Positions 52,756 to 62,275 of a stretch of 64,000 nt of DNA are shown here, piece after piece. The notes under the pieces are model-generated. The model had not been told where the DNA came from. It ran no database searches and saw only the letters and a program-made list of their open reading frames with translations. Positions within the stretch are counted from its first letter, which is position 1. Each line of letters opens with the position of its first letter. A program made the position numbers and the translations under genes. This stretch comes from Candidatus Sumerlaeia bacterium (GTDB taxonomy: Bacteria > Sumerlaeota > Sumerlaeia > SLMS01 > JANRJK01), in assembly GCA_033764015.1 (NCBI GenBank), contig JANRJK010000021.1, forward strand, positions 3,291-67,290. The letters are read 5' to 3'.

Positions 52756-55545
52756 TTACGGCGCGACTTCGAGTTCCAGCCGCGCGCGCACCATGCCGGA
52801 TGCGTTGCCCGAGAACAGCCGCAGCGCGTCCTTCGCCTGGTTCCCGTTGTCGCCCTGCTCGAAGCGCAGGCGGAACTGCGTCGAACCCGTGCGCTGGATG
52901 GCGGCGAGCGCTTCCGCGGAAAGCGGCCAGCAGACCGTCTCGCCCGCGGCGGCGGGCAGCACCGGCACGGCCGCGGTGGCGTCCGCGATGTAGGCGTGCG
53001 ATTCGAAGTCCTCCATCTCGAGACCGGGGGACGTGCCGAAGTTCATCGCCAGGTTCGGGCAGAGCATCTCGACATAGACGCGCCCGAGCGTGGACGGGTC
53101 GCCGAGGGGACGCTCCAGCGTGACGCAGATCGACGCGGAGACGATCTCAGCACCCGGGTAGGCGTTCATCACCGAGGTGTCGAAGGAGAGGAGCGCCTTC
53201 ACCTGCTGGTCGAGCGCGCTGTCGCCCAGCTCGATGATCTGGTTCGTGGCGTCCACCAGGTTGCCGACGCCGGCGCCGGCGGTGTACTCGACCACGAAGC
53301 CGTCGTTGTTGGGGGTCGAGTAAATCGGATCGAGCGGTTCCGAAGCCGAGGAACCGGCCGGGTTGTCGCCGCAGCCGAGGTCCGTCGGCAGCAGCGTCGA
53401 GAGCACCAGGTCGGTTCGGCGGAAGCGGTTCGAGTTCGTGACACCGCCCGCGCCGAAGGTCACGAAGTCCGCCGCCGCGTTGCCATCGGTCGGGTTCGTG
53501 AAGCGGAGGCGGAACTGCGCGTTGCCCGTCGTCGGGATCAAGGACCACGCGGCGGGATCGAGCAGGGCCACGATGGCCTCGCCCGGCAGCGCCGCCGCGA
53601 CAGTGGCGTTGGGGATCGTGGCAACCGGCGTGAAGTCCGCCGCCGCCTCGAAGTCCTCCGCCTGCCAGCCCGCGGTCGGGCCGAAGAAGGGCACCGCGAG
53701 TTCCACGACCAGATCGCCGAGGTTCGAGACGTCGCCGACCTTCGTTTCGATGGGAAGACGCAGCCGCGCGTCCGTGATGCCGCGGCAGCCGAGCACCGTC
53801 GTGAAGCCGAGGACGCTGCGCAGTTCAAGGTCGCGCGCGTCGTCGCCGACCTGCGCGCGCCGGTTCGCGATCAACACCGTGCCGCCGGTGCCGGGAGCGC
53901 CGGGCGCCTCGTACAGGTTGCCGTCCTGCAGGAACGACGAATCCATGTACGCCGTCCCGCCGTCGTCGGAGCCGATCACGACCTCGAAGGTGCACTCCGC
54001 CGTGTTCCCTCCATCGTCGGTGAGCGTCACCGTCACCGTTGTGCAGCCGGGGCCAAACACGGATGGCGTGTAGGAGACATCGAGCCCCGCTCCGCAGTTG
54101 TCCGTGCCGAAGGAGGCCGGATCGTTCCACGCGGAATCGAGCGAGGGATCGAAGCCGCTCGCCGAGTTCGCCACCAGCACGCGCCCCGGCGGCAGGATCG
54201 CCGGCGGGCACTGCGTGAACGTCGGGTCGATGTTGTCCTCGACCGTAACCGTGGCTTCGCAGGTGCCCGTCGCGCCGTCGGCATCGGTCACCGTGAGCGT
54301 CACGGTGTTCGCGCCGAGGTTGCTGCAATCGAAGGTGTCCGGGCTGACCGAGACCGACGCGATGGTGAGGTCGCCGAAGGAACCGTTGTCCACCGCGGAG
54401 GCCGCGAGCGTCGCGCTGCCGCTGCCGTCGAGTTGGATCGTCACGTTCTGGCAAAGCGCCGTGGGCGGGGCGAGCAGCGTCACCGACTCCGTCGTCCCGT
54501 CAAGGTTGCGCGAGATCACATCCAACGCGTTCCAGGAGGCTTCGGCCGCGATTTCCGGCGTGATCGTTCCCGGCGTCGCCGCGTTGACAGTGATTTGCCA
54601 AGAAGTCCCGGAGCCCGTCAGGTCGAAGTCCGTCACCGTCGAGGTGCCGCTGAAGGTGATGTCCGCCGGAACAAGCGTGCGGTCCTCGATCGCCGCGCCG
54701 AACGCCAGATCGAACGTCGCGGGGAGCACGCTTGTCGTGTCCGCCTGTGTCGCCGCCCGCGTGATCGCGGCGGCGTAGTCCGGAAGGATCGAGACTGGCG
54801 TGTCGCCAACGCCCCGATTCACGAAATCATAACTGGTTTGCCGCACGACACCGGCGTTTCCGCTGAGGGGGTAACGAAGCACCGGTAGAAAATCGCAACA
54901 TGGCCAGAAGGCCCAAGCGTTGCCGCTGGGAACACCAAGTGTGTCTATCCGGGCAGGGTATCCTTGATCAAGGACCGCTCCCGGGTTGACAAACTTCGCC
55001 ACCCCGATACCGAACCAATTGCCCGGCCTGCCGACGTTGAGCGGCGTCGGGAAGCTGTGCGAGACGAAGTTGAAGGCAGCGGGGGAGTTACTCGGAATCG
55101 TGGCGATGGGGATCGCATCGCGCATGTCGCCGTCTTGCGTGGGGTCGGCGTAGATGATGAAGTCGAACGGCTCGTTGGCCGTCCCCTGGCGTGTGATCCG
55201 CACCGTGATCGACGTCAGCGACTCGCCAGTCGGTTGAACCTGAAACGCCTGTACCCATAGAAACTCAATATCCCCGGATCCGGCGAAGCCAGAACCCCCA
55301 TTTCCGTCGTTCTCCGTGTCGTCGTAAGTCACGGCGCGGAGGAGGCTGCCACCGCCGCCTTGCGTTGTGCCCGCCTCAGCCAAGGCAGAGTCCATGTCGG
55401 GCATCACTTCCGGGACTTTGTACGCCACCTGCGCTTGCAGTGGCAGAGCCGCGAGCGTTGCAAGGGCTGCGGCGAGAGCCGCGCGGGTGGCGCGGGGAGG
55501 GCGCGGCGCACAGAACCGCCGCGCCGACAGGAGGGAAGTGCGCAA
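52756..55545 (-). CDS. Large secreted surface protein with Ig-like/HYR modules and two DNRLRE-like C-terminal modules
   Basis: Signal peptide (AALAAALATLAALPLQAQV). Mid-protein Cys-framed Ig/HYR-type modules (LCQNVTIQLDGSGSATL...VDNGS...C...NTVTLTVTDADGATGTCEATVTVED and DPTFTQCP...DNCG...VTVTLTDDGGNTAECTFEVVI). Two related C-terminal modules both end in QFRLRF. The overlapping plus-strand 875-aa ORF is Arg-rich shadow sequence. Confidence 0.7.
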   Translation of the reverse strand: MRTSLLSARRFCAPRPPRATRAALAAALATLAALPLQAQVAYKVPEVMPDMDSALAEAGTTQGGGGSLLRAVTYDDTENDGNGGSGFAGSGDIEFLWVQAFQVQPTGESLTSITVRITRQGTANEPFDFIIYADPTQDGDMRDAIPIATIPSNSPAAFNFVSHSFPTPLNVGRPGNWFGIGVAKFVNPGAVLDQGYPARIDTLGVPSGNAWAFWPCCDFLPVLRYPLSGNAGVVRQTSYDFVNRGVGDTPVSILPDYAAAITRAATQADTTSVLPATFDLAFGAAIEDRTLVPADITFSGTSTVTDFDLTGSGTSWQITVNAATPGTITPEIAAEASWNALDVISRNLDGTTESVTLLAPPTALCQNVTIQLDGSGSATLAASAVDNGSFGDLTIASVSVSPDTFDCSNLGANTVTLTVTDADGATGTCEATVTVEDNIDPTFTQCPPAILPPGRVLVANSASGFDPSLDSAWNDPASFGTDNCGAGLDVSYTPSVFGPGCTTVTVTLTDDGGNTAECTFEVVIGSDDGGTAYMDSSFLQDGNLYEAPGAPGTGGTVLIANRRAQVGDDARDLELRSVLGFTTVLGCRGITDARLRLPIETKVGDVSNLGDLVVELAVPFFGPTAGWQAEDFEAAADFTPVATIPNATVAAALPGEAIVALLDPAAWSLIPTTGNAQFRLRFTNPTDGNAAADFVTFGAGGVTNSNRFRRTDLVLSTLLPTDLGCGDNPAGSSASEPLDPIYSTPNNDGFVVEYTAGAGVGNLVDATNQIIELGDSALDQQVKALLSFDTSVMNAYPGAEIVSASICVTLERPLGDPSTLGRVYVEMLCPNLAMNFGTSPGLEMEDFESHAYIADATAAVPVLPAAAGETVCWPLSAEALAAIQRTGSTQFRLRFEQGDNGNQAKDALRLFSGNASGMVRARLELEVAP

Positions 55546-55725
55546 GGATGCGCCTCCTTGTTCGGGATGTTTTCGATCTTGAAACGACTTAGGGTAGGCA
55601 CAAGGAAAAACCGGGGTTTTCTAGTATTGCGTCCTGGAACCGGGCGCAGCGCGCCCCATCGCGCTTGACGTCCCCCGACGCCGCGCCGTGACTGGTGGAT
55701 TGCGTCCCACGGAGGGTCCTCCGCC

Positions 55726-56850
55726 ATGACCGACCACGCCGCGCCCAACGGCGCCGCCAGCACGCCCCCGCACGTCCGCATCTCCGAGCTCCGCCCGGGG
55801 ATGACGATCCAGTCCGCCTACCTGGTCGCCTCCGTCGAGCAGCGCACCAAGAAGAACGGCGAACCGTTCTTCATGCTCCAGCTCGCCGACGTGTCGGGCA
55901 CGATCCCCGCCGTCATGTGGGACAACCACGACTCGCTCGTGGCGGGCACCGTGGGGGTGGAGGACTTCGCCGTCGTCACCGCCGACGTCGCGGAGTTCAA
56001 GGACGCGCCGCAGCTCACGCTCCGCCGCATCGGCACCGTGGACGAGGCGCTGATCGACACGCGGAACTTCCTGGCGGAAAGCCCCCGCCCCCGCGCGGAG
56101 ATGGAGGCGGAGCTGGACGCGCTGCTGGCGCGGATCCGCCACCCGGACGTGCGGCGGCTGATGGCGAAGATGCTCGGGCATCCGAAGCTGCGCGAGGCGT
56201 ACTGCACGGCGCCCGCCGCCGCGCGCCTGCACCAGGCGTACCGCGGCGGCCTCCTGGAGCACACGTTGATCGTGGTGAACCACGCGCTGAACGCCGCGCC
56301 GCAGTACGAGCCGGTGAACCGCGACGTGCTGATCGCGGGGGCGCTGCTGCACGACGTCGGGAAGGTGCGGGAATACTCCTGGCGCCGCACGATCCTCTAC
56401 ACGGACGAGGGGCGCCTGCTCGGCCATGTCGTCATGGGCGCCATGATGGCCGAGGCGGCGATCCGCGAGCTGCAGCGCGAGCCGGAGGGCTTCGACGACT
56501 CGCTCCGCCGCCACATCCTGCACCTGATCCTCAGCCACCACGGCAAGCTCGAGTGGGGCGCGCCCTCGACGCCGAAGACGCGCGAGGCGCTGCTGCTCCA
56601 CTACGCCGACCAGATGGACGCCTTCATGGTGATCGCGACGGACGACATGAAGCGCGCGGCGGTCCGCGGCGACGAGTGGACGAGCTACAACCGCTTCTTC
56701 GAGTCGTACCTGTTCGCGGGGACGCCGGCGCCGCTGGAGGAGGCGGAGCGGGAGCGCTTCCTGGTGCCGCCCCCCGGACCGCTTGCGCCTGCGAGCGGCC
56801 CGGCGGACGATACCGGTCCGACCACGAAAGCCGCCGCAGGAAACCCATGA
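55726..56850 (+). CDS. YhaM-like 3'-5' exoribonuclease (OB-fold plus HD domain)
   Basis: N-terminal OB fold (VEQRTKKNGEPFFMLQLADVSGTIPAVMWD) and an HD domain (HQAYRGGLLEHTL, GALLHDVGK, ILSHHGKLEWG). Confidence 0.8.
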   Translation: MTDHAAPNGAASTPPHVRISELRPGMTIQSAYLVASVEQRTKKNGEPFFMLQLADVSGTIPAVMWDNHDSLVAGTVGVEDFAVVTADVAEFKDAPQLTLRRIGTVDEALIDTRNFLAESPRPRAEMEAELDALLARIRHPDVRRLMAKMLGHPKLREAYCTAPAAARLHQAYRGGLLEHTLIVVNHALNAAPQYEPVNRDVLIAGALLHDVGKVREYSWRRTILYTDEGRLLGHVVMGAMMAEAAIRELQREPEGFDDSLRRHILHLILSHHGKLEWGAPSTPKTREALLLHYADQMDAFMVIATDDMKRAAVRGDEWTSYNRFFESYLFAGTPAPLEEAERERFLVPPPGPLAPASGPADDTGPTTKAAAGNP

Positions 56851-57272
56851 CGCCAGGTTCGCCAACCCCCGATTCAAGCCGCAGAAGCCAGGAGCGCCTC
56901 GGCTTTGTTTCGGACTGCCAGGTCGAGGTGGTGTCGCCGGCGTACACGATGCTGGCGAAGCCGCTGCCCGGCAAGACGGCGAACATCACGCTGAACGGGA
57001 TGAAGCTGCTCTTCCCGCTCTTCCCGAAGCGGACCGCGGGCACCTGGCGCAAGGCGGTGGACGCCTACGAGCGGGTGCATGTGCGCGTGGACTTCCCGAC
57101 GCGCGGGGGCCGGCTGGTGCTGCCGGGCGCCGTGGTCTGGTTCCAGGCGGACGAGGGCGAGGATCCCGACACGGTGTCGGCGGCCGCGGGGATCCTGTTC
57201 AGCGTGCTGAGGGAAGCGGAATCGCGGGCGCTCAAGGAGCTGCTCGCGCACCTCGAAACGAACTACGACTAA
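56847..57272 (+). CDS. PilZ domain protein (c-di-GMP receptor-like)
   Basis: ATG 56847 overlaps the upstream stop (ATGA). It has an RxxxR-type motif (RRSQER) and an N-x-T-x-x-G motif (NITLNG), which correspond to the PilZ RxxxR and D/NxSxxG motifs. 141 aa. Confidence 0.6.
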   Translation: MTPGSPTPDSSRRSQERLGFVSDCQVEVVSPAYTMLAKPLPGKTANITLNGMKLLFPLFPKRTAGTWRKAVDAYERVHVRVDFPTRGGRLVLPGAVVWFQADEGEDPDTVSAAAGILFSVLREAESRALKELLAHLETNYD

Positions 57273-57287
57273 GCGGAGGAGCGCGCG

Positions 57288-58217
57288 GTGGAGGATCCCG
57301 TGCGCGGTCCCGGTGGCTGGCGCAGGCACGCGCGGCGGGCCGTGGAATTGGCGCGTGCGCGGGCCGGGCGCTCGCCGGAGGCGCGGCGCCGGGCGGCGGG
57401 GCTGCTGCGCGGCGCGGGCTTCGGCATCGCCTACGGGGCGTTTCTCGAGCCGAGCTGGCTGCAGGCGACGCTGCACCACGTGGCGCTGCCGGGCTGGCCC
57501 GCGGAGCTGGACGGCTACCGCATCGCGCACCTTTCCGACATCCACCACAACGCGGTGCAGAGCGCCGGCTTCCTGGCGCGCGCGGTGGCGCTGGCCTCGT
57601 CGATGGATCCGGACGCGGTGGCGCTGACGGGGGACTTCATCACGCGCGACCCGGCGCGGATGGAGCCTTGCCTGGCGGCGTTGGCGCGGGTGCGGGCGCA
57701 CGACGGGGTGTTCTGCGTGCGGGGGAACCACGACGCGCCGGTGCCGCTGGAGCGGACGCGCGCGCTGATGGAGCGGCTCGGGATGCGGCTGCTGGAGAAC
57801 GAGTCGGTGCGGATCGAGCCGGCGCGGCGGGCCTTCGGGGCGGCGCCGGCGCGGCTGCGGCTGGCGGGGGTGGGCGACCTGTGGACGGCGCGCTGCTCGC
57901 CGGGCGAGGCGCTGGCCGGGGCGCCGCCGGAGGAGCCGGCGATCCTGCTGTCGCACCATCCGGGAGCGGTGCGGCTGGTGCCGGACGGCCGGCGGCTGGA
58001 CCTGGTCCTGGCGGGGCACACGCACGGGGGGCAGGTGCGGCCCTTCCACCGCGAGCTTCCCTTGCTCTCCGGGGGCGAGACGCGCCACCAAACTGGTCTA
58101 AGCCGGCATGGCGCGACGGCGGTCTTCGTGAGCCGCGGGGTCGGCAGCAGCCAGTTGCACTTCCGCTGGAATTGCCGGCCCGAGGTCGCTTTGCTGGTGT
58201 TGCACCGCGCAAGCTGA
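57288..58217 (+). CDS. Metallophosphoesterase (calcineurin-like, YaeI-type)
   Basis: Motifs HLSDIHHN, TGDFI, RGNHD, SHHP and GHTHGGQ. Confidence 0.85.
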   Translation: MEDPVRGPGGWRRHARRAVELARARAGRSPEARRRAAGLLRGAGFGIAYGAFLEPSWLQATLHHVALPGWPAELDGYRIAHLSDIHHNAVQSAGFLARAVALASSMDPDAVALTGDFITRDPARMEPCLAALARVRAHDGVFCVRGNHDAPVPLERTRALMERLGMRLLENESVRIEPARRAFGAAPARLRLAGVGDLWTARCSPGEALAGAPPEEPAILLSHHPGAVRLVPDGRRLDLVLAGHTHGGQVRPFHRELPLLSGGETRHQTGLSRHGATAVFVSRGVGSSQLHFRWNCRPEVALLVLHRAS

Positions 58218-58280
58218 ACGCCCGGAGAGCCGATCATCGCCAAGCCGCGCCCCCGCACCCGGATCGTCGAGCTGTGCGCC

Positions 58281-59417
58281 GTGGACTTCACGATGCGCCA
58301 GTTCATCGCCCCGCTCGCGCTCCACCTGAAGGAGCACGGCTGGGAGGTGGTGGGCGCGTGCTCGCGGGGGCGCTACTGGGACGAGCTGGAGGCGCGCGGC
58401 CTGAAGATGGTCGAGATGCCGATCGCCCGCAGCGCGAACCCGCTGCGGGCGCTCCCGAGCCTGTGGCGCCTCTCGCGGTGGCTCTTCGAGGTGAAGCCGC
58501 ACGTGCTCCACGTGCACACCCCGGTGGCGGCGCTGCTCGGGCGCCTGGCGGGGCTCTTCACCGGCGTGCCGGTCGTCGTGTACACGGCGCACGGGTTCTA
58601 CTTCCACGACCAGATGCGGCCCCTGCCGCGGCTTGTGTACTTCATGATGGAGTGGCTGGCGGCGCCGCTGCACACGCACCTGTTCTGCGTGAGCGAGGAG
58701 GACGCGCGCATGGCGGTGCCGAAGGGCCTCGGACGCAAGGGCGACGTCTTCTACGTGTCGAACGGCGTGGACTCGCGCGTGTTCAACCCGGAGCGCGCGG
58801 ACCTGCTGGAGGGGAGCGCGAAGCTGCGCGAGGAGCTCGGCATCCCGCCCAACACCCCGGTGCTGACGACCGTCGGGCGCCTCGTGCGGCAGAAGGGCTA
58901 CATCGAGCTGTTCGAGGCGGCGAAGCTCCTCCTCGAGCGGCACCCGCAGCTCCACATCCTGGTGGTGGGCGACGAGCTGCAGGACGAGCCGGACCGCGCG
59001 CGGGCGTACCTCGAGGGCGCGGCGAAGGCGCCGGAGCTGGCGGGCATGGTGCACTTCACCGGCATGCGCGAGGACGTCCCCGCGCTGCTCGCGCTGACCG
59101 ACATCTTCGTGCAGCCCAGCTACCGCGAGGGGCTGCCGACCGCGGTGATCGAGGCGATGATGATGGCGCGCCCGGTGGTCGCCACGCGCGTGAGGGGGAA
59201 CCGCGAGGCGGTCCGCGACGGCGAAACCGGATTCCTTGTGGACCTTGGCTCCGTCGAGGAGCTGGCGGGCGCGGTGGACTACCTGCTGCGGAACCCGTCG
59301 ACGGCGGCGGAGATGGGCGCGGCGGGGCGGCGGCGCGCGCTGGCGAACTACGAACTCTCCGCGGTGCTCCGCAAGCAGTACAACCTGCTGCGGCAGTTCG
59401 CCGCCGCGGTGCGCTAG
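58281..59417 (+). CDS. Glycosyltransferase family 4 (GT-B fold)
   Basis: C-terminal GT4 signature FVQPSYREGLPTAVIEAMMMARPVVATRVRGNREAV..GETGFLV. The true start is probably upstream of the listed ATG: GTG at 58269, or non-canonical ATC codons at 58233/58236 after a GGAGAG. The in-frame sequence RIVELCAVDF looks like the first beta strand. Confidence 0.85.
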   Translation: MDFTMRQFIAPLALHLKEHGWEVVGACSRGRYWDELEARGLKMVEMPIARSANPLRALPSLWRLSRWLFEVKPHVLHVHTPVAALLGRLAGLFTGVPVVVYTAHGFYFHDQMRPLPRLVYFMMEWLAAPLHTHLFCVSEEDARMAVPKGLGRKGDVFYVSNGVDSRVFNPERADLLEGSAKLREELGIPPNTPVLTTVGRLVRQKGYIELFEAAKLLLERHPQLHILVVGDELQDEPDRARAYLEGAAKAPELAGMVHFTGMREDVPALLALTDIFVQPSYREGLPTAVIEAMMMARPVVATRVRGNREAVRDGETGFLVDLGSVEELAGAVDYLLRNPSTAAEMGAAGRRRALANYELSAVLRKQYNLLRQFAAAVR

Positions 59418-59421
59418 GGCC

Positions 59422-60327
59422 GTGCCCCGGATCCTCGTCGTCGGCGGCACCGGGCCCACCGGCGAGCGCGTCGTGCGGCGCCTCGTGCGCAAGGGCTACA
59501 ACGTGCTCGTGCTCACCCGCGAGCCCGAGTCGGAGGTTATCCGGGCGCTGCAGAACGAGGGCGCGAAGGTCCGCGAGGGCGACGCGGTGCGGCGCTGGAC
59601 GCTGTGGGAGGCGCTGGAGGGCTGCGACGCGCTGGTCTCCTGCGCGCACTTGCGCTACGGCGACGCGTGCACGCAGGCGTGCCGCCAGCTCGGCGTCTCG
59701 CGCCTCATCGTGATGTCGTCCACGCGGCGCTTCACCCGCTTCCCGGACACGATCTCGGAGGAGGTGATCGCGGGCGAGTCGGCGGTCGCGACGAGCAACC
59801 TGGACTGGACCATCGTGCGCTGCACGCAGATCTACGGCGGGCGCCGCGACAACAACGTGACGCTGCTGATGGATTGGTTCAAGAAGCGCAACTACGCGTT
59901 CATCGCGGGGCGCGGCACCAGCCTGATCCAGCCGGTCTTCGTCGAGGACGTGGTGGACGGCGTGGTGGCGGCGCTGGAGCGCGAGGACGCCGTGGGCCAC
60001 GCGCTGAACCTCGCCGGCCCGGAGCCGCTGACGTACCGCCGCTACCTGACGGAGATCGCGCGCGCGGCGGGGCGGACGAGCCCCGACCTCTATCCCATCC
60101 CGGTCGCCGGCGCGGTGCTCGGAGCGAAGCTGCTGGAACCCGCGCTGCACCGCTACAACATCACCGCGGAGCGCGTCCGCCGGCTCACGGAGGACAAGCA
60201 CATCAGCATCCACCTGGCGCGCGAGATCCTCGCGTTCCGCCCGCGCCCGTTCACCGCCGGACTGCAGTTGAAGGCGGAAGGGAAGGCGGAGGTGGAGGCG
60301 ATGTACCCGGCGCCGAAGCCCGAATGA
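59422..60327 (+). CDS. NAD(P)-dependent epimerase/dehydratase family (atypical SDR) protein
   Basis: GTG 59422 gives VPRILVVGGTGPTGERVVRRLVRKGYNVLVLTR, a Rossmann GxxGxxG motif. The upstream part of the listed ORF overlaps the GT4 gene out of frame. Confidence 0.8.
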   Translation: MPRILVVGGTGPTGERVVRRLVRKGYNVLVLTREPESEVIRALQNEGAKVREGDAVRRWTLWEALEGCDALVSCAHLRYGDACTQACRQLGVSRLIVMSSTRRFTRFPDTISEEVIAGESAVATSNLDWTIVRCTQIYGGRRDNNVTLLMDWFKKRNYAFIAGRGTSLIQPVFVEDVVDGVVAALEREDAVGHALNLAGPEPLTYRRYLTEIARAAGRTSPDLYPIPVAGAVLGAKLLEPALHRYNITAERVRRLTEDKHISIHLAREILAFRPRPFTAGLQLKAEGKAEVEAMYPAPKPE

Positions 60328-60956
60328 GCGAGGGGCGCGAGGTCCGCAAGCTCGGCCCCGTCCCGCGGAAGCCGGAGGAGCGCCGCGCGCTGCTCGCCGA
60401 CGGCTCCGGCATCGACCTGCTGCTCGACACCGTGGTGAAGTTCCGCATTCGCGCCGGCGCTCCGGTGCCCGAGGAGGCGCTCGCCTTCGACCGGCGCGAG
60501 CGCGCCCGCGCGGCGGCGTGGCGGCTGCTCTCGCGCGGACCGCAGACGCGCACCACGCTGCGCCGCGGCCTGGTCCAGCGCCGGCACCGCGCGGCGGACG
60601 CGGACGCGGTGATCGGCGATCTGGAGGCGCGCGGCTTCCTGGACGAGCGGGCGCTGGCGGCGGACCTGGCGGAGCGCCGCGCCAACGCCCGCCGCGGACC
60701 CCGCATGATCGAGGCGGAGCTGGCGATGCTCGGCGTCGCCGAGGAGGCGCGCCGCGAGGCGACGGCGCGGCTGCGCGAGCCCGCCGCGCAGGCGGAGCTG
60801 GCGCGCGCGGCGCTCGCGGCGTTCCTGAAGCGAAAGGCGCGCCTCGCGCCGGAGAAGGTCCGCGAGGCGGCGTGGCGGCACCTCGCGTCGCGGGGCTTCG
60901 ACGCGGACGCCGCGCGGGAGGCGGTCGAGGAGGCGCTGGGCGGGCGGGATGAGTAG
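60324..60956 (+). CDS. recX: RecX family regulatory protein
   Basis: ATG 60324 overlaps the upstream stop (ATGA). It has three-helix-bundle repeats typical of RecX (AAAWRLLSRGPQTRTTLRRGL..., VIGDLEARGFLDERALAADLAE, AWRHLASRGFDADAAREAVEEAL). Confidence 0.7.
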   Translation: MSEGREVRKLGPVPRKPEERRALLADGSGIDLLLDTVVKFRIRAGAPVPEEALAFDRRERARAAAWRLLSRGPQTRTTLRRGLVQRRHRAADADAVIGDLEARGFLDERALAADLAERRANARRGPRMIEAELAMLGVAEEARREATARLREPAAQAELARAALAAFLKRKARLAPEKVREAAWRHLASRGFDADAAREAVEEALGGRDE

Positions 60957-62217
60957 CCGGCGCGGGAAGGGCGCGCTCGCCGGGGCGGCGGAGCGGACGC
61001 GGCGCTCGCTCGCGCGGCTCCAGGAGAAGCTGCCGGAGGGACGCGTGCGCCAGTTCCTCGCGTTCCGCCGCGCGGTGCTCGCCTGGGAGGACTCGCTTGC
61101 CGGCGGCGGGCCCAACGAGGGCAACCGGGTGCGGCTGCTGCGCGGCGGCGCCGAGACCTTCGACGCGATGGAACGAGCGATCGACGGCGCCCGGCACCAC
61201 GTCCACATCGAGATGTACATGATCGCCGACGACGAGGTGGGGCGCCGGATGCGCGCGGCGCTGGAGCGGGCGCTGGAACGCGGCGTCGAGGTGCGGCTCG
61301 TCTACGACGCGATCGGCAGCATCGGGCTCGCGGAGGACTTCTTCGACCGCCTCGAAGGGCTCGGCGGCGCGGTGGCATCCTACCACCGCGCCTCGCTGTG
61401 GCGGCGGATGTCGACCTGGTGGCGGCGCAACCACCGCAAGCTGATCTCCGTGGACGGCCGCCTCGCCATCATCGGCGGCGTGAACTGGACGAAGCAGTTC
61501 CTCGGGGACGCCAAGACCGGGGAGCCCCCCTGGTACGACGTGGCGGTCGAGGTCCGCGGCCCCGCCGCGGGCGAGACGGAGCTGTTCTTCCTCCGCACCT
61601 GGACCTACTGCGGCGAACGGCTACCCGCGCGGCTCGACACGTACTTCCCGCGGCTGCGGCGCGAGGGCCGCGCGCGCGTCTTTCCCCGCTCCACGCACCG
61701 CGTCCTCGGGCGCAACTCGGTGCTCAAGGCGCTGCTGCACCGGATCGCGCGGGCGGAGCGGTCGATCCTGCTGCTGCAGAGCTACTTCATCCCGCCGCGC
61801 GCGCTGCGCCTGGCGCTGGCGGCCGCCGCCATGCGAGGCGTCGAGGTGCTGGTTGTGATGCCGGGCAAGAGCGACGTCCTGGTGGCGGAGGCGGCGTGCC
61901 GGCACGGGTACGCGCGCATGATGCGCGACGGCTGGCGGCTGTACGAGCACACCGGCCGCATGCTCCACGCCAAGGTGGCCGTCGTGGACGGCTGGTGGTC
62001 CCTGGTCGGGAGCAGCAACCTGAACCACCGCAGCTTCAACCTGAACCTCGAGCTGAGCGCGGAGGTGCACTCGCACTCGCTCGCCTCGAAGCTCGAGGAG
62101 GAGATCCGCCGCATCGCCGGCGACAGCGACCGCGTCACCCAAGCGGACATCCGCCGCCGCGGACCGCTCGAGCGCCTCTTCTACTTCGTCTGCCACCAGT
62201 TCCGCGCGTGGATGTGA
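60949..62217 (+). CDS. Phospholipase D family protein, cardiolipin synthase-like (ClsB-type, no N-terminal TM)
   Basis: Two HKD motifs: NHRKLISVDGRLAIIGGVN and LHAKVAVVDGWWSLVGSSNLNHRS. Confidence 0.85.
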   Translation: MSSRRGKGALAGAAERTRRSLARLQEKLPEGRVRQFLAFRRAVLAWEDSLAGGGPNEGNRVRLLRGGAETFDAMERAIDGARHHVHIEMYMIADDEVGRRMRAALERALERGVEVRLVYDAIGSIGLAEDFFDRLEGLGGAVASYHRASLWRRMSTWWRRNHRKLISVDGRLAIIGGVNWTKQFLGDAKTGEPPWYDVAVEVRGPAAGETELFFLRTWTYCGERLPARLDTYFPRLRREGRARVFPRSTHRVLGRNSVLKALLHRIARAERSILLLQSYFIPPRALRLALAAAAMRGVEVLVVMPGKSDVLVAEAACRHGYARMMRDGWRLYEHTGRMLHAKVAVVDGWWSLVGSSNLNHRSFNLNLELSAEVHSHSLASKLEEEIRRIAGDSDRVTQADIRRRGPLERLFYFVCHQFRAWM

Positions 62218-62275
62218 GGGGCTTTCAACTTGCCCGGAAGCGCGCGTCCGCGTGCCTTGGGCATCAGTGTTTTCC

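Noticed and set aside
52261-54888. An 875-aa plus-strand ORF antisense to the HYR surface protein gene
   Set aside because: The translation is Arg/Gly/Asp/Val-rich with no motifs. The minus-strand product has a signal peptide, Cys-framed Ig/HYR modules and internal repeats.
56783-61434. 976-aa (plus, 56783-59713) and 792-aa (minus, 59056-61434) ORFs over the phosphoesterase-GT4-epimerase-recX-cls region
   Set aside because: These are shadow ORFs. They overlap five motif-supported genes and have Arg/Ala/Gly/Pro low-complexity translations.
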